IMG/VR virus record: IMGVR_UViG_3300023283_000076 | Coordinates: 64,001 to 128,000 of that record | Strand: one strand, 5' to 3' | Length of the DNA: 64,000 bases | Source: a virus | Lineage: Duplodnaviria > Caudoviricetes | Part shown: positions 48,305 through 58,766 of the stretch, one piece after another | Numbering within the stretch: the first letter of the stretch is position 1 | Layout of the letters: each line of letters opens with the position of its first letter | Notes under the pieces: generated by a model | Databases searched by the model: none | What the model was told of the DNA's origin: nothing | What the model saw: the letters and a program-made list of their open reading frames with translations, nothing else | Position numbers and translations under genes: made by a program

Positions 48305-48694
48305 TAATTTAATTATATAATTTAATTATAGATCACCTATTGATCTATTTGAACCATTTTATATGTTTGAATACAATATGTCAACCTTGTTTTAAGTAGA
48401 TATTACAGTAATTCTATTTCCTACAAATCCACTAAATTTTTCTGCTGCTTGTATAGCAGTCCTAACTATATTCTCTCCATTTGAAACATCAATAGATTTA
48501 GTTGACATATGTTCAGATGCAACATGTAATGCACCAAGTGCGAATGACTGGCCACAACCAACACATGCAAAGGGCTCCTCAAATTCCATGACAGAGAAAT
48601 CATGTGATATGGTAAAAATATTATTTTCAAATGCTACAATGAACTCCCCGCCCGAAATTTCAGAAGCATCAGACTTTTTTATATACAAGTGATC

Positions 48695-50008
48695 TTGACA
48701 ACTCCCCTCGCTAAAGCAAGGGGATTCTTGTTTCACAGTCCTGTGCATTGCTCCATACAGGAGATTCAGTCTTATTTTGGACTCCACAAGCTAACTCCGT
48801 GTGCCCCACGGTTAAAATATTTTTAGCTGCATTAATATCTCGGTCATGTTCAACATGACACGATTCACAGCTAAATTTACGGACTGAAAGAGGCATTTTT
48901 GAATGCAAATGTCCACAACTGGAGCATGTTTTGGAACTAGGATACCATCGATTGACTTGATGGAATGTTCTGCCATACCATTCAGATTTATATTTCAGCA
49001 TGTCTACGAATGTTGACCATGCTGCATCTGAAATGGCTTTGCTCAATTTGCGGTTTTGAATCATGTTTTTAACAGCTAAGTCTTCTAATATGATCACTTG
49101 GTTCTCGTTGACAATATTAGAAGACAGTTTATGCAGAAAATCTTTCCTGCAATCAGCTATTTTAGCATGGACTCGTGCCACTTTCAGTTTTTGTTTCTTG
49201 AAGTTTTCACTTCCTTTTTGTTTCTTGCTTAAACGTCTTTGTTCAATTTTTAATTTCTGTGCATATTTTCTGGTGTTTCTCAGATTAGCAATCTTGTTTC
49301 CATTTGAATCAATCAGAAAATGTGTCAACCCAAGATCAATTCCAATCTTGTTTTGATTGACAGGTTTCAATTTCATGTCCTTCTCACCCTGAATAGAGAC
49401 GAAATATCTGTCAGCACTATCTTTTGAAACTGTGATTGAATTAATTTTTGACAAATCTAAGTCTCTTGACCATTTTATTTCTAATGGTTCTTTAGACTTT
49501 GCGATGTATAGCTTTCCGTCTTTAAAACGGAATCCACTATTGGTTAATCGAAATGATTGCTTTTTATGTCTATTTTTAAATTTTGGATATTTGGCTCTTC
49601 CCTTAAAGAAGTTAGAAAATGCAGTATCTAGATTGCGTAGTCCTTGTTGTAATGCCACATTACTTACATCATACAACCAGTCCAGTTCTTTTTTTAGCTC
49701 TGTGAGTTTTGCGCTCGTTTGATTATAATTAATTGAATTGTTATTTTGGTAATACTCATTGTGTCGGTATTCCAAAATATTGTTGTAGACAAATCGCACA
49801 CAGCCAAATGTCCGAGCGAGAAGTGTTTTCTGCTCATTGGTCGGATACACTCTATATTTGTATGCGATTTGTTGATTCAATTAATTGTTGCATATTTTTG
49901 TATTATACATCTATTTAGTAAATTTGACAAGTAGTAAATACTTTTGTCATATTATATTCTTTTAGAGTTTAACCCCTCCCTTAAGGAAGGGGTCTGTTTG
50001 TTTGGTTG
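48695..50008 (-). mobile_element. IS200/IS605-family element, TnpB only (IS1341-like)
   Basis: TTGAT target before left end CAAC; hairpins CCCCTTCC-TTAA-GGGAGGGG and CCCCTTGC-TTTA-GCGAGGGG; right end TCAA. Confidence 0.88.
48711..49880 (-). CDS. tnpB: TnpB RNA-guided endonuclease
   Basis: AYKYRVYP HTH, IGIDLGL, ILEDL, SKTCSSCG..CESC, DRDINAAKNI. Confidence 0.95.
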   Translation of the reverse strand: MNQQIAYKYRVYPTNEQKTLLARTFGCVRFVYNNILEYRHNEYYQNNNSINYNQTSAKLTELKKELDWLYDVSNVALQQGLRNLDTAFSNFFKGRAKYPKFKNRHKKQSFRLTNSGFRFKDGKLYIAKSKEPLEIKWSRDLDLSKINSITVSKDSADRYFVSIQGEKDMKLKPVNQNKIGIDLGLTHFLIDSNGNKIANLRNTRKYAQKLKIEQRRLSKKQKGSENFKKQKLKVARVHAKIADCRKDFLHKLSSNIVNENQVIILEDLAVKNMIQNRKLSKAISDAAWSTFVDMLKYKSEWYGRTFHQVNRWYPSSKTCSSCGHLHSKMPLSVRKFSCESCHVEHDRDINAAKNILTVGHTELACGVQNKTESPVWSNAQDCETRIPLL

Positions 50009-50618
50009 ATCAAATAAATCATATAAAGCTGGAACAAATGATTTCACCATATATTCCATATTATTGGTTATTACCTCAGGATCTAATCTAGGGACATTAA
50101 AATGATATTCTAGAATCTGTCCCATTCTAAATGATGTGGTATATCCAATTAATAAGGGCCTAGGATTAGCGTCAGGGTTTTTAATTGAAGTCTTATTTTT
50201 TAATTCTTTGGTAAAAATCTTTGAATGCGCGTATGATCTTTTTGCATAACTCTCTGAATCAGAATACGCAGCGATATCGTCTCCACCCATATAAATTCTA
50301 TCAATATCTTTATATGCTACTATACAAGTCATAAGTTTTCCATATTCTTTATAATAACTATATTATAATAGAATGTGAACTATATGTAAAGAACTAATCG
50401 ACTTCTCGGTCTTTAACTTCATCTTCTTCAATTTTATTTTCTATGCCACCGAAATCAGAAGAATATTTTCCTGACATTTTTTTATTAAGAACCGAAGAAT
50501 ATTTTCTTGACATTTTTTTACCGAACCCTAATAAACTTTGTATTATATTCATTTTTTGAAGTACTTTGACATAGAGCTATGTAGGTTGTAAAATATACGA
50601 AATGCTCTAAAATGATGT

Positions 50619-51185
50619 ATGAATAGAAGAATAGTAGTACTTAATTGTCCTCCTCAAAGTGGAAAGGATACTATTGCGGAAGAGTTCATTAACCGAAATG
50701 GATATACGATGATGTCTTTCAAATTTACCCTTATCAATATAGCATTAGTAATATCAAAAATACCTAAGGAAGAATGGGATGAAAGATATGTAGTGCATAA
50801 AGATTTGCCATGGGATAAATTGGGGGGATTGTCTCAACGAAACTATCTTATAAAGATAAGTGAAGAATGGGTTAAACCTGTTCACGGTAAAACTTACTTT
50901 GGTGAGTGTGTAAGAACAGATATAACAAGGCTCTCCAATAATGATAAGTTTATTTTACCGGATGGTGGATTTATAGAAGAAATAGAGCCATTATACGAGG
51001 AATTCGGACCAACATCTTTACTTATATTACAATGGGGTAGAAAAAATTGTAGTTTTGATAACGACAGTCGAGATTGGATTACCGCCTTTCCAGAAATAAC
51101 AAGAAAAGTTGATCGAGATAATGACACTACAATCGAAGATCATTATATAGCCGTAAAAGAGGTAATAGATGAATATTTTAAGTGA
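50619..51185 (+). CDS. deoxynucleoside monophosphate kinase-like P-loop protein
   Basis: LNCPPQSGKDT, R.YLI..SE...KP..G, DGGF..E, DSR. Confidence 0.75.
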   Translation: MNRRIVVLNCPPQSGKDTIAEEFINRNGYTMMSFKFTLINIALVISKIPKEEWDERYVVHKDLPWDKLGGLSQRNYLIKISEEWVKPVHGKTYFGECVRTDITRLSNNDKFILPDGGFIEEIEPLYEEFGPTSLLILQWGRKNCSFDNDSRDWITAFPEITRKVDRDNDTTIEDHYIAVKEVIDEYFK

Positions 51186-51759
51186 TAGAGAAATCATAGG
51201 AGTTGATGTAGATTTAACTACGTTAAGGTCTGATATAAATTGGTGGCACTGGCTTAAAAATATGTCAGAAGATAATGACTTGCCTTATAATATTCAGGAT
51301 TATATCGATGCCGGAAACAAAGTTAGGTACAATCTTTCCAGCCATTTTCCGGCAATGAAAAACTCTAATGTACATCCCATGGATTTTTGGAGACAAGAAG
51401 GTGTTTATGATACTATACAACCTGTTGATAACGCTGTAGAGTCTATTAAAAAGTTAATGAATGTTTACAATATAGTTTTTGTAACACACAATAAAGGAAA
51501 CGGAGGGAGATCAAAATTCAATAATTTAGTTAGGCTGTTTGGAAAGGGAAATTTTGGGTATGTTGTAACAAAAGAAAAATATTTAATAAAATTGGATTAT
51601 CTTATAGACGATAGACACAGTTTTTTGAACAAATGTAATGAATTTGGAATATGCCCGATTAAAATATGTACACCGTTTATACAAGAAGAAGATCCTGAAG
51701 AACATATTGTAGAAATAGATGGATGGAAAAACATAACTAAATTATTAATAAATAAATAG
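51169..51759 (+). CDS. HAD-family 5'(3')-deoxyribonucleotidase-like protein
   Basis: IGVDVDLT, FVTH, LIDDR. Confidence 0.75.
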   Translation: MNILSDREIIGVDVDLTTLRSDINWWHWLKNMSEDNDLPYNIQDYIDAGNKVRYNLSSHFPAMKNSNVHPMDFWRQEGVYDTIQPVDNAVESIKKLMNVYNIVFVTHNKGNGGRSKFNNLVRLFGKGNFGYVVTKEKYLIKLDYLIDDRHSFLNKCNEFGICPIKICTPFIQEEDPEEHIVEIDGWKNITKLLINK

Positions 51760-51782
51760 AACAGCATAGAAAATTTAATAAT

Positions 51783-52013
51783 ATGGCACCTATCGGAAAT
51801 TTTAGAACTATGGCATTATCTTTTAATCTTGGGAGATCAATGACTGATTCACAAAAGGAATGGTTGATTAATTGGGTGAAGTCAAATCTTTCCACGCCGA
51901 ATGAATTTGAAAAGGCTGCAACCATTGCATGGCAGTATGAGTTGCCGGAAGACGTGATAGAAAAAATTAAAAATCTTAAACCCGAAGAATCATATGACCA
52001 CGACGAATATTGA
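51783..52013 (+). CDS. hypothetical protein
   Basis: co-oriented ORF. Confidence 0.55.
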   Translation: MAPIGNFRTMALSFNLGRSMTDSQKEWLINWVKSNLSTPNEFEKAATIAWQYELPEDVIEKIKNLKPEESYDHDEY

Positions 52014-52057
52014 CGGTTTTAACGTAAAGTAGTATAATACAGAAAAGTAATATTCTT

Positions 52058-53116
52058 ATGGTTAGAAAAAAATTATTATTATTTACCGACGCGTATGAAC
52101 CACAAGTTAATGGCGTTGTTACTACATTAAAGCAAACTAAAAAGCATTTGGAATGTATGGACTATGATGTTACGATAATATCACCAAATGACTTTAAATT
52201 TACTGTACCTCTACCATTTTATAATCAAATACGCTTAGCGTTTCCATCGAAAAGGAAAATATCAAAAATTGTAAAAAGTATAAACCCTGATTATATACAT
52301 ATAGCAACCGAAGGACCTATAGGATATCAAGCTTCTAGAGTTTGTCAAAAAAATAGTTTCTCTTACACAACATCATATCATACGAATTTCCCAGAGTATA
52401 TAAATCAAAAATTTTCGTTTATCTCAGAGAAAATAATAAACAAATATCTTAGAATTATACACTATAATGCCAACTGCGTATTAGTGACTACAAACTCCAT
52501 GAAGAAGAAACTACATGATAATGATATAAGCCATATTATAAGTGTATGGGGTAGAGGAGTTGATACATCTTCTTTTAAGTTCTCAAATAAGATAAAAGAT
52601 AATAATAAAATAAGACTTCTGTATGTGGGAAGGGTATCTGACGAAAAGAATATAGAAAGTTTTTTAGATATTAATCAGAAATTTTTTGTTCCTAAACTGG
52701 AAAAGATTGTTGTAGGTGATGGACCGGCACTTAAAAAATTAAAAGAAAAATATGCTGATGATCAGTCGATACGATTTGTGGGATGTAAAAAAGATAGAGA
52801 GCTAGAAAAAGAATACCAAAACGCTGATATATTTGTATTTCCATCTAAGACCGATACGTTTGGTATTGTCATGTTAGAGTCTATGGCCTGTGGTACTCCT
52901 GTAGCTGGCTATAGAGTCATGGGACCGAAGGATATTATAATACCCGGAATAAATGGTCATATTGATGATGATCTAACTATCGCAGTTTTAAAATGTGTAG
53001 ATATAGATAGGGGGACATGCTCTAATTCAATTTCATTTTTAACATGGGATGAAATAACAAAAAATTTTAAAAATATAATAGAGCATGTTACTGAAAATAA
53101 ATATGACTTATCGTAA
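52058..53116 (+). CDS. GT4 glycosyltransferase, Agt-like (diacylglycerol glycosyltransferase)
   Basis: TDAYEPQVNGVV, IHIATEGP, YHTNFPEY, WGRGVD, YVGRV..EKN, FPSKTDTFG.V.LESMACG. Confidence 0.85.
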   Translation: MVRKKLLLFTDAYEPQVNGVVTTLKQTKKHLECMDYDVTIISPNDFKFTVPLPFYNQIRLAFPSKRKISKIVKSINPDYIHIATEGPIGYQASRVCQKNSFSYTTSYHTNFPEYINQKFSFISEKIINKYLRIIHYNANCVLVTTNSMKKKLHDNDISHIISVWGRGVDTSSFKFSNKIKDNNKIRLLYVGRVSDEKNIESFLDINQKFFVPKLEKIVVGDGPALKKLKEKYADDQSIRFVGCKKDRELEKEYQNADIFVFPSKTDTFGIVMLESMACGTPVAGYRVMGPKDIIIPGINGHIDDDLTIAVLKCVDIDRGTCSNSISFLTWDEITKNFKNIIEHVTENKYDLS

Positions 53117-53129
53117 TTTTGTATATAGA

Positions 53130-53399
53130 TTAATACTCCGGGAATCCTATTTCATTTAAAATTTCGTTCATTTTAAACAGACTTTCTTCATACATTACGA
53201 TTTTATCATCACTTTGATAATCTGGCAAATCTTTTTGTGTTATTGGGAATCCTGCAAGCCATATATATTCGCGGTCACCATTGTATACTATGAGTTCAGC
53301 TAAATTTCCTGTCATTTTGTCATATGCTTTTTTAACATAGTTCCCGTTGAGAAAACGATATGTTTCTAATGAAATCAAGGTATATAGATTATCGGACAT
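53130..53399 (-). CDS. hypothetical protein
   Basis: ORF in minus-strand block. Confidence 0.6.
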   Translation of the reverse strand: MSDNLYTLISLETYRFLNGNYVKKAYDKMTGNLAELIVYNGDREYIWLAGFPITQKDLPDYQSDDKIVMYEESLFKMNEILNEIGFPEY

Positions 53400-53598
53400 T
53401 ACTTTTAATTAATTCAAACTCTATTAATGCGTCTTCTTCGTCCATGGATTTCCAACGATTTCCTAGTATATTGATTATTTCTTTAATTTGAGCAATACTG
53501 ATTTCTTCCTTACCCGCTTCAGCTTCTGCTATATAAACTGCTAATTCGTTTAAATTTAAGTTTTTCATATGCCACCTCTATGTTTAAGATTATTTATA

Positions 53599-54096
53599 TC
53601 AGGAAAACGGGTTGTGTATTACTTTACTGTTGAACTGGCTTTCTAATTTATCTTTTATGTTTTTAATCCATTCATCCTCTATATGTCTAGCACGTATTTC
53701 AAATTTACCTCGAAGCACTAAATGAGTTTCAACCGGAACGTCTCCAAACTCGTCAAGTATAGAATACATTCTATTCCTGCCTTCGTGCCCTGAAACTTTT
53801 GCATGATCTGAGAAATCCTGTTCAAACCATCCATCTGGAATCTTTACGATAAGAAATGGAGAGCCAATTCCCTTACCAAATCTCAGTTTTTGACGTAGAT
53901 ACTCTACACTTTTTGTATCGGGTTTGAATACTCCAGTATCACTAGTTAATTTTAAAAATATAGAAGGTTTCATTTTCATGCGTTTTCCAAAATAATCTAT
54001 ATCTTGAGAGTATCCCGTAGCACCTATTCCGGTAGAAATGTTATTGTCTATTATAGGGGAATTTTGCTGTTCAAATAATATGTCAAAAATTTTCAT
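53599..54096 (-). CDS. ParB/Srx-like fold late protein
   Basis: VSGHEGRNRM motif; MKIFDILFE N-terminus. Confidence 0.55.
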   Translation of the reverse strand: MKIFDILFEQQNSPIIDNNISTGIGATGYSQDIDYFGKRMKMKPSIFLKLTSDTGVFKPDTKSVEYLRQKLRFGKGIGSPFLIVKIPDGWFEQDFSDHAKVSGHEGRNRMYSILDEFGDVPVETHLVLRGKFEIRARHIEDEWIKNIKDKLESQFNSKVIHNPFS

Positions 54097-54812
54097 AAAA
54101 AGGGATCCGTAAAAACAAGTTGTAAGCCATATGGTGTTCTTCTTACCATAATATTTTCTGAATGGATATCATATATCAATCCTCGTCCTCCTCTAATTGA
54201 CTTCTTTCCGGCTTGTTTTTCTTTTTTTCTAATCATTTGTAATATTTTTATCGCTTTTTTAAAAGAGTCATCAACTATTTTCAGTTTTGTTATCCCCTTA
54301 GAAATTTGCTCTATATCTTTAGCGAATCTATCAATATATGCTTTCTTTAATTCACTACTATCCAATCCAGCAGTATTTTGCATCAACGTAGGCAGCCCGT
54401 CTTGTCCAAATATTCTTTCAAATAAATGTTCAATTTCTTTAAGATTCAACTCTTTTAATGGTTCTAATTTTTCGATTTCACCACGAAACATCAAGTCTCC
54501 TGTAGAATCTTTAATCTTTTTTATACTATATACTCTAGGAAAATGAGGATTTTCCCATAACTTATATTTTATTACATAATCTATAAATGTCCAATACCCG
54601 TCTATTGTATCCATTCCGGGAACTTTAGAAGATTTTTTTACAGTGTGTGGGTCTGAGCCGGGTTTAACTGTAGAAAATCTACCAACACTCCTTCCTTTTT
54701 CTCTTTCATTTTGATCGTCTTCTACCTCCCAATCATCAGATTTAAATTTTCCTGATACCGAACGCTCTTTAGTTGAAGTTGATATTATCTCTAATAAGTT
54801 ATTGATTTTCAT
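54093..54812 (-). CDS. protein kinase-like protein; paralog of 41276..41992
   Basis: VGRFSTV, TVKK, LWENPHFPRVY, EKLEPL, DIHSENIM, LVFTDP. Confidence 0.72.
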   Translation of the reverse strand: MKINNLLEIISTSTKERSVSGKFKSDDWEVEDDQNEREKGRSVGRFSTVKPGSDPHTVKKSSKVPGMDTIDGYWTFIDYVIKYKLWENPHFPRVYSIKKIKDSTGDLMFRGEIEKLEPLKELNLKEIEHLFERIFGQDGLPTLMQNTAGLDSSELKKAYIDRFAKDIEQISKGITKLKIVDDSFKKAIKILQMIRKKEKQAGKKSIRGGRGLIYDIHSENIMVRRTPYGLQLVFTDPFL

Positions 54813-55204
54813 ATATGTAAGATATAAATTTACACAATATATAAGATATTTATAAAATATTAATTATATAATGGAGGTAGAAATAAATAAAATATATTAA
54901 ATAAAAAATTATAATGGAAGACGGTCCGGATATTTTAAATATTATAAATCTAATTACATTACTAAAAATATCGGGTTTTTTAGTAACAGCAATAGTTGGA
55001 ATTCCACTGTTCATACTTTTAGCATTTCTAATAATTATTAAAGTTGGAATACAAACAATAATTGAAGATTTCTTATCTTAGCAAAAATTATATATTTAAA
55101 TCAGTTACCTGTTATGTAGATAATACCATAATTTTTATCTCCTACGAAGAACAGACAGCGATGTCGTCTCCATCCATGTAAATTCTATCTGCTATTTATA
55201 CAAA

Positions 55205-55618
55205 TCATGATATTCTCTTATTCTCTTGCATAAATTCATCTTTTCCTATGTTTTCTTCTAAAAATATATATTTTTTGGCATATATATCTTTCCTCATGGA
55301 AATAATTATATTCTCATATGCATCCTTTATTTCATCGCCCCCATTGTCTATTTTAAACAAAAAATCATTTATGGCTCTGATGACTTTCGGTGGTGCATAT
55401 AACCAACATGTATCATAATGTAATTTATTACGCGTCTTCGCATTCAAAAACAACGGAGCGGAGCTATTACTTTCTTTACACTCTTGCAAAACCGTTAGTA
55501 TTTTAGCATAGTGATTTTCTTTATTGCGGTCTTGATCCCATAATCGTTGGCGTCGCGTATTAAACAACCACCCAGAAATTATGCCTACTGCAGACAATAT
55601 AATATTGTAATCTTCCAT
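55205..55618 (-). CDS. hypothetical protein with N-terminal hydrophobic segment
   Basis: AAGGAG SD; WLYAP..VIRAI..F. Confidence 0.6.
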   Translation of the reverse strand: MEDYNIILSAVGIISGWLFNTRRQRLWDQDRNKENHYAKILTVLQECKESNSSAPLFLNAKTRNKLHYDTCWLYAPPKVIRAINDFLFKIDNGGDEIKDAYENIIISMRKDIYAKKYIFLEENIGKDEFMQENKRIS

Positions 55619-55696
55619 ATTAAATACTCCTTATATTTAATGATAAGGGGTATAGTATAATAGGATACAAATTATGTGTAAAGGTTTTTATGGAAG

Positions 55697-55939
55697 TTAC
55701 TTTAAGCTAGGGTACCATTTCCGTGCCATCGCTTCTGATTCAAAAGAGTCAATATGTTCTTTCTTTTCAACCTTTCCGTCGACCTCGGTATTTTTATATA
55801 CCCAAAATTCACCTACAGCTTTTTTAGGCTCCATGGTGTAATATTCTTTTTTGTTTTCCTTTTTAGGTCTGTTCTCTTCTTCAAATATTCCGGACCATTT
55901 CTTTAAAAATGATAAATCATTTTCATCTAAGTGTTTCAT
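55697..55939 (-). CDS. late hypothetical protein
   Basis: TATAAATA on minus strand at 55974-55981, AAGGAG SD. Confidence 0.65.
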   Translation of the reverse strand: MKHLDENDLSFLKKWSGIFEEENRPKKENKKEYYTMEPKKAVGEFWVYKNTEVDGKVEKKEHIDSFESEAMARKWYPSLK

Positions 55940-56009
55940 ATAATGTAATCACTCCTTTTAGTTTAATTACATATATTTATATAAATATTCTTCAGTAAAA
56001 ATTAAACAT

Positions 56010-56525
56010 GTGATGGATATAGTTAATATATTAGAATCCTTTGATACTTCTCCTGTAAGCTGGAAGTGGATAAATAAAAAAGATAATAAGCATAATAGCC
56101 CATTAGCCCGAATAGCAGCATTTGTAATCGATGGCATAGAATATAAAGTCAATATAACTACAACCAATGACCCGAATGATAGAATATACGAAATAGCATT
56201 TTATATGGGAGACGACGATCAAGGCGACAATGATCGAATGACGAACACCGGAAACCAATATAAGGTTCTTTCTACTGTAATGGACATAATGGAATCGTTT
56301 ATTGTAAAGCACAAAAAGGTGATTAAAGGTATTATATTCGCAGCAAATAAACGTATATCAAAGTATGACTACGAGGAGTCTGATTCCCGTGATAAAGTCT
56401 ATAGGCGTCTAATATATAAAAATATTAAAAAACTCCCGGGTATTTGGTCAGTGACTGAAACGAACAATAAATCAGGAAACTTTATAGTTTTTCATTTACA
56501 TAACCATAATTTTAATGAACAATAG
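56010..56525 (+). CDS. late protein; paralog of 58203..58754
   Basis: shared NILESF, GNQYKVLSTV, VY.RLI..N.K.LPG.WS. Confidence 0.75.
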   Translation: MMDIVNILESFDTSPVSWKWINKKDNKHNSPLARIAAFVIDGIEYKVNITTTNDPNDRIYEIAFYMGDDDQGDNDRMTNTGNQYKVLSTVMDIMESFIVKHKKVIKGIIFAANKRISKYDYEESDSRDKVYRRLIYKNIKKLPGIWSVTETNNKSGNFIVFHLHNHNFNEQ

Positions 56526-56564
56526 GTAATTGACATTACTATATATTAATGGTATGATATTCTA

Positions 56565-57152
56565 ATGAAAATAAAATTAAATAATAGTAAAATACAATAT
56601 TGGGTGACATCAGATATGCACCTCGGGCATAAAAATGTTATAAGATATTCTAATAGACCATTTTCTTCCGTTGAAGATATGGATAATGCCCTCATTCATA
56701 ATTGGAACAGTACAGTAGGAAAAGATGATATTGTTTTTAATTTAGGAGATTTTGCGTTTCTCAATCAAGATAAAATTATAGAAATTTTGGAATGCTTAAA
56801 TGGGGCACAATATTTTGTATATGGCAATCATGATAGGCAAATGGCATCTGACGCCGTCCAAAATTTTTGTAAGAGAACTAAAAAAATTAAGTTATTCTGT
56901 GATGTTATAGAATGTAATTACAAAAAGATTCCAATATTTATGAGCCATTATGCCCATAGAGTCTGGAATAAGCATCATCATGGTGCTATACATTTGTATG
57001 GACATTCACATGGTTCATTGCCACAAATAGGACGATCAATGGATGTTGGTGTGGATAGTAATGATATGCCTACAAATTATTCCCCTCGATCATTAGATGA
57101 TGTTGTAGAATTTTTAAACACTCAACCCATTAACAAAGCTGACCATCATTGA
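56565..57152 (+). CDS. calcineurin-like metallophosphoesterase
   Basis: SDMHLGH, LGDFA, GNHD, SHY, GHSH. Confidence 0.88.
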   Translation: MKIKLNNSKIQYWVTSDMHLGHKNVIRYSNRPFSSVEDMDNALIHNWNSTVGKDDIVFNLGDFAFLNQDKIIEILECLNGAQYFVYGNHDRQMASDAVQNFCKRTKKIKLFCDVIECNYKKIPIFMSHYAHRVWNKHHHGAIHLYGHSHGSLPQIGRSMDVGVDSNDMPTNYSPRSLDDVVEFLNTQPINKADHH

Positions 57153-57218
57153 TGATTCATGTATGAGTCATTTAGAGGGCTTTTGATTTATGTATGAGTC
57201 ATTTAGAGAGCTTTTAAT

Positions 57219-57599
57219 TTATAATAGATCCAAAAAATTATCATTAATGGCTTTAGCAAAGTTGCTAGGTGTATCCACTATAAGGCTTCTTTTAGGTTTA
57301 TGCTCAGAGTCTATTAATTTCAACGCCTGTTCTGCTCTAAACAATTGATGTTTAAGTATGCGCGCCTGCGCCTTTTTCCGTTGTTCAAAGGATTCTAATG
57401 CTTTCTCAGGAGTGGGACAAGCGAACTTTTTTCTGGTATCAGCACGGACAAATTTTTTCTCTCCTGACTCTAATTTGATCCATGCTCCACAAGGTGTGTG
57501 TTTTATAACAGGATATTTTTTTAGCTTAATATCAAAACCTTGTACAGTCTTGAAATCTTCATATCTATACCAATATTTTCCGTCATCGAATAATCCCAT
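57219..57599 (-). CDS. hypothetical protein
   Basis: VIKHTPCGAWI...ACPTPEKALESF. Confidence 0.65.
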   Translation of the reverse strand: MGLFDDGKYWYRYEDFKTVQGFDIKLKKYPVIKHTPCGAWIKLESGEKKFVRADTRKKFACPTPEKALESFEQRKKAQARILKHQLFRAEQALKLIDSEHKPKRSLIVDTPSNFAKAINDNFLDLL

Positions 57600-57805
57600 T
57601 TTTTAACTCTCGTTATTATTTAAACGTTTTATAAACGTAACTATGGTGTAAAGGTCTTTCTCATTAAAATCTTTGTTAGGCTTAGGCCGAAATCTAAGTT
57701 CATTTTCAAATATGTTAATATACCCAACAGTATTTTCAAAATCGCCGTTTACAGATACAACCTCTCATCCGTAATCTCCACCCAATTCATAGAATCCAAT
57801 ATTGC

Positions 57806-58087
57806 TCATTTGTTATCCTGTTTTTGTCGTTCAATTCTATCAATTGAAGCAGCAATTAATGCCCCGGCCTTTTCTAGATTCCGAATTTTATTATCAGAGG
57901 GTTTCCACCATGAATCTGGCCATGGCCATGTGTGACCCTTTCCCGTTCCGTATATTGTGTGTCTTAAATATTCAAATGCAGCAGACTCTAATTCATTATG
58001 TTTATATTGGTTATCGTGTATACTATCAAAACCTTCTTCATTTATTTGACGGTTACGCTCTTGCTCAATTTTTTTAATTCCACTCAT
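57806..58087 (-). CDS. conserved phage hypothetical protein
   Basis: ERNRQI.EEG...HD...WPWP..WWKP...KAGALI. Confidence 0.75.
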   Translation of the reverse strand: MSGIKKIEQERNRQINEEGFDSIHDNQYKHNELESAAFEYLRHTIYGTGKGHTWPWPDSWWKPSDNKIRNLEKAGALIAASIDRIERQKQDNK

Positions 58088-58202
58088 ATTTTTTCTCTCC
58101 GGATTATGTTATATTATATTATAAATGATTTAAAATGTAATGTCAATATTTTAAAACTTTGTTTTTTGATCTATAAATATTATAATTAATAATAGTATAT
58201 AA

Positions 58203-58754
58203 ATGTATTTTTTAAATGAACTTAACAAAATTAATATATTAGAATCTTTCAATACTAATCCTGTGAATTGGACATGGACAGAGAAAAATGATTCTAAAGA
58301 CGCTATGGGCACTATCACACCGGAAAAATACACTGCTGATTTTTCTATCGATGACCACAAATATAAAGTACGCATAGACACGGATATGCCAGTTAAGTAT
58401 GTGCCTAGTCCGCATACATATGTAGTGGTTTTTGGTTTACTCACAGGACCCAATAAAATTAATATGGATATGACGCATGCTGGCAACCAATATAAAGTCT
58501 TAAGTACCGTTATAGATATACTTAAAAATTTTATTCAGAATAACCAAAAACATATTGGAGAAATACATTTTTCTGCAGAAAAAAAGGATTTTTTTAGTTC
58601 TGATCCAACTACTGATCCAAATAGTTTTAGTAAAAACAGAGCGAACGTATATGCTAGACTGATTAAAGAAAATTTAAAAAACCTGCCCGGAAATTGGAGC
58701 TTTATACAAAAAGATCATGAAGCAGAAGTTCAATTTAAACTTATACAAAAGTGA
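58203..58754 (+). CDS. late protein; paralog of 56010..56525
   Basis: TATAAATA at 58172; shared motifs. Confidence 0.75.
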   Translation: MYFLNELNKINILESFNTNPVNWTWTEKNDSKDAMGTITPEKYTADFSIDDHKYKVRIDTDMPVKYVPSPHTYVVVFGLLTGPNKINMDMTHAGNQYKVLSTVIDILKNFIQNNQKHIGEIHFSAEKKDFFSSDPTTDPNSFSKNRANVYARLIKENLKNLPGNWSFIQKDHEAEVQFKLIQK

Positions 58755-58766
58755 AAATTTTTAAGA

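Larger units (their letters stand above)
48392..50332 (-). pseudogene. Ntn-hydrolase (HslV/proteasome-beta-like) gene split by IS
   Basis: MTCIVA...TTSFRMGQ N-half and GGEF...VGCGQSFALGAL...AAEKFS C-half join in frame when 48695-50008 is removed. Confidence 0.8.

Noticed and set aside
48695-50008. IStron (self-splicing IS) that would rescue the interrupted gene
   Set aside because: Only about 128 nt lie between the left end and tnpB, too short for a group I core
57159-57220. 31-bp tandem duplication ATGTATGAGTCATTTAGAG(G/A)GCTTTT(G/A)ATTT
   Set aside because: Only two copies between convergent genes, with no further structure; probably slippage
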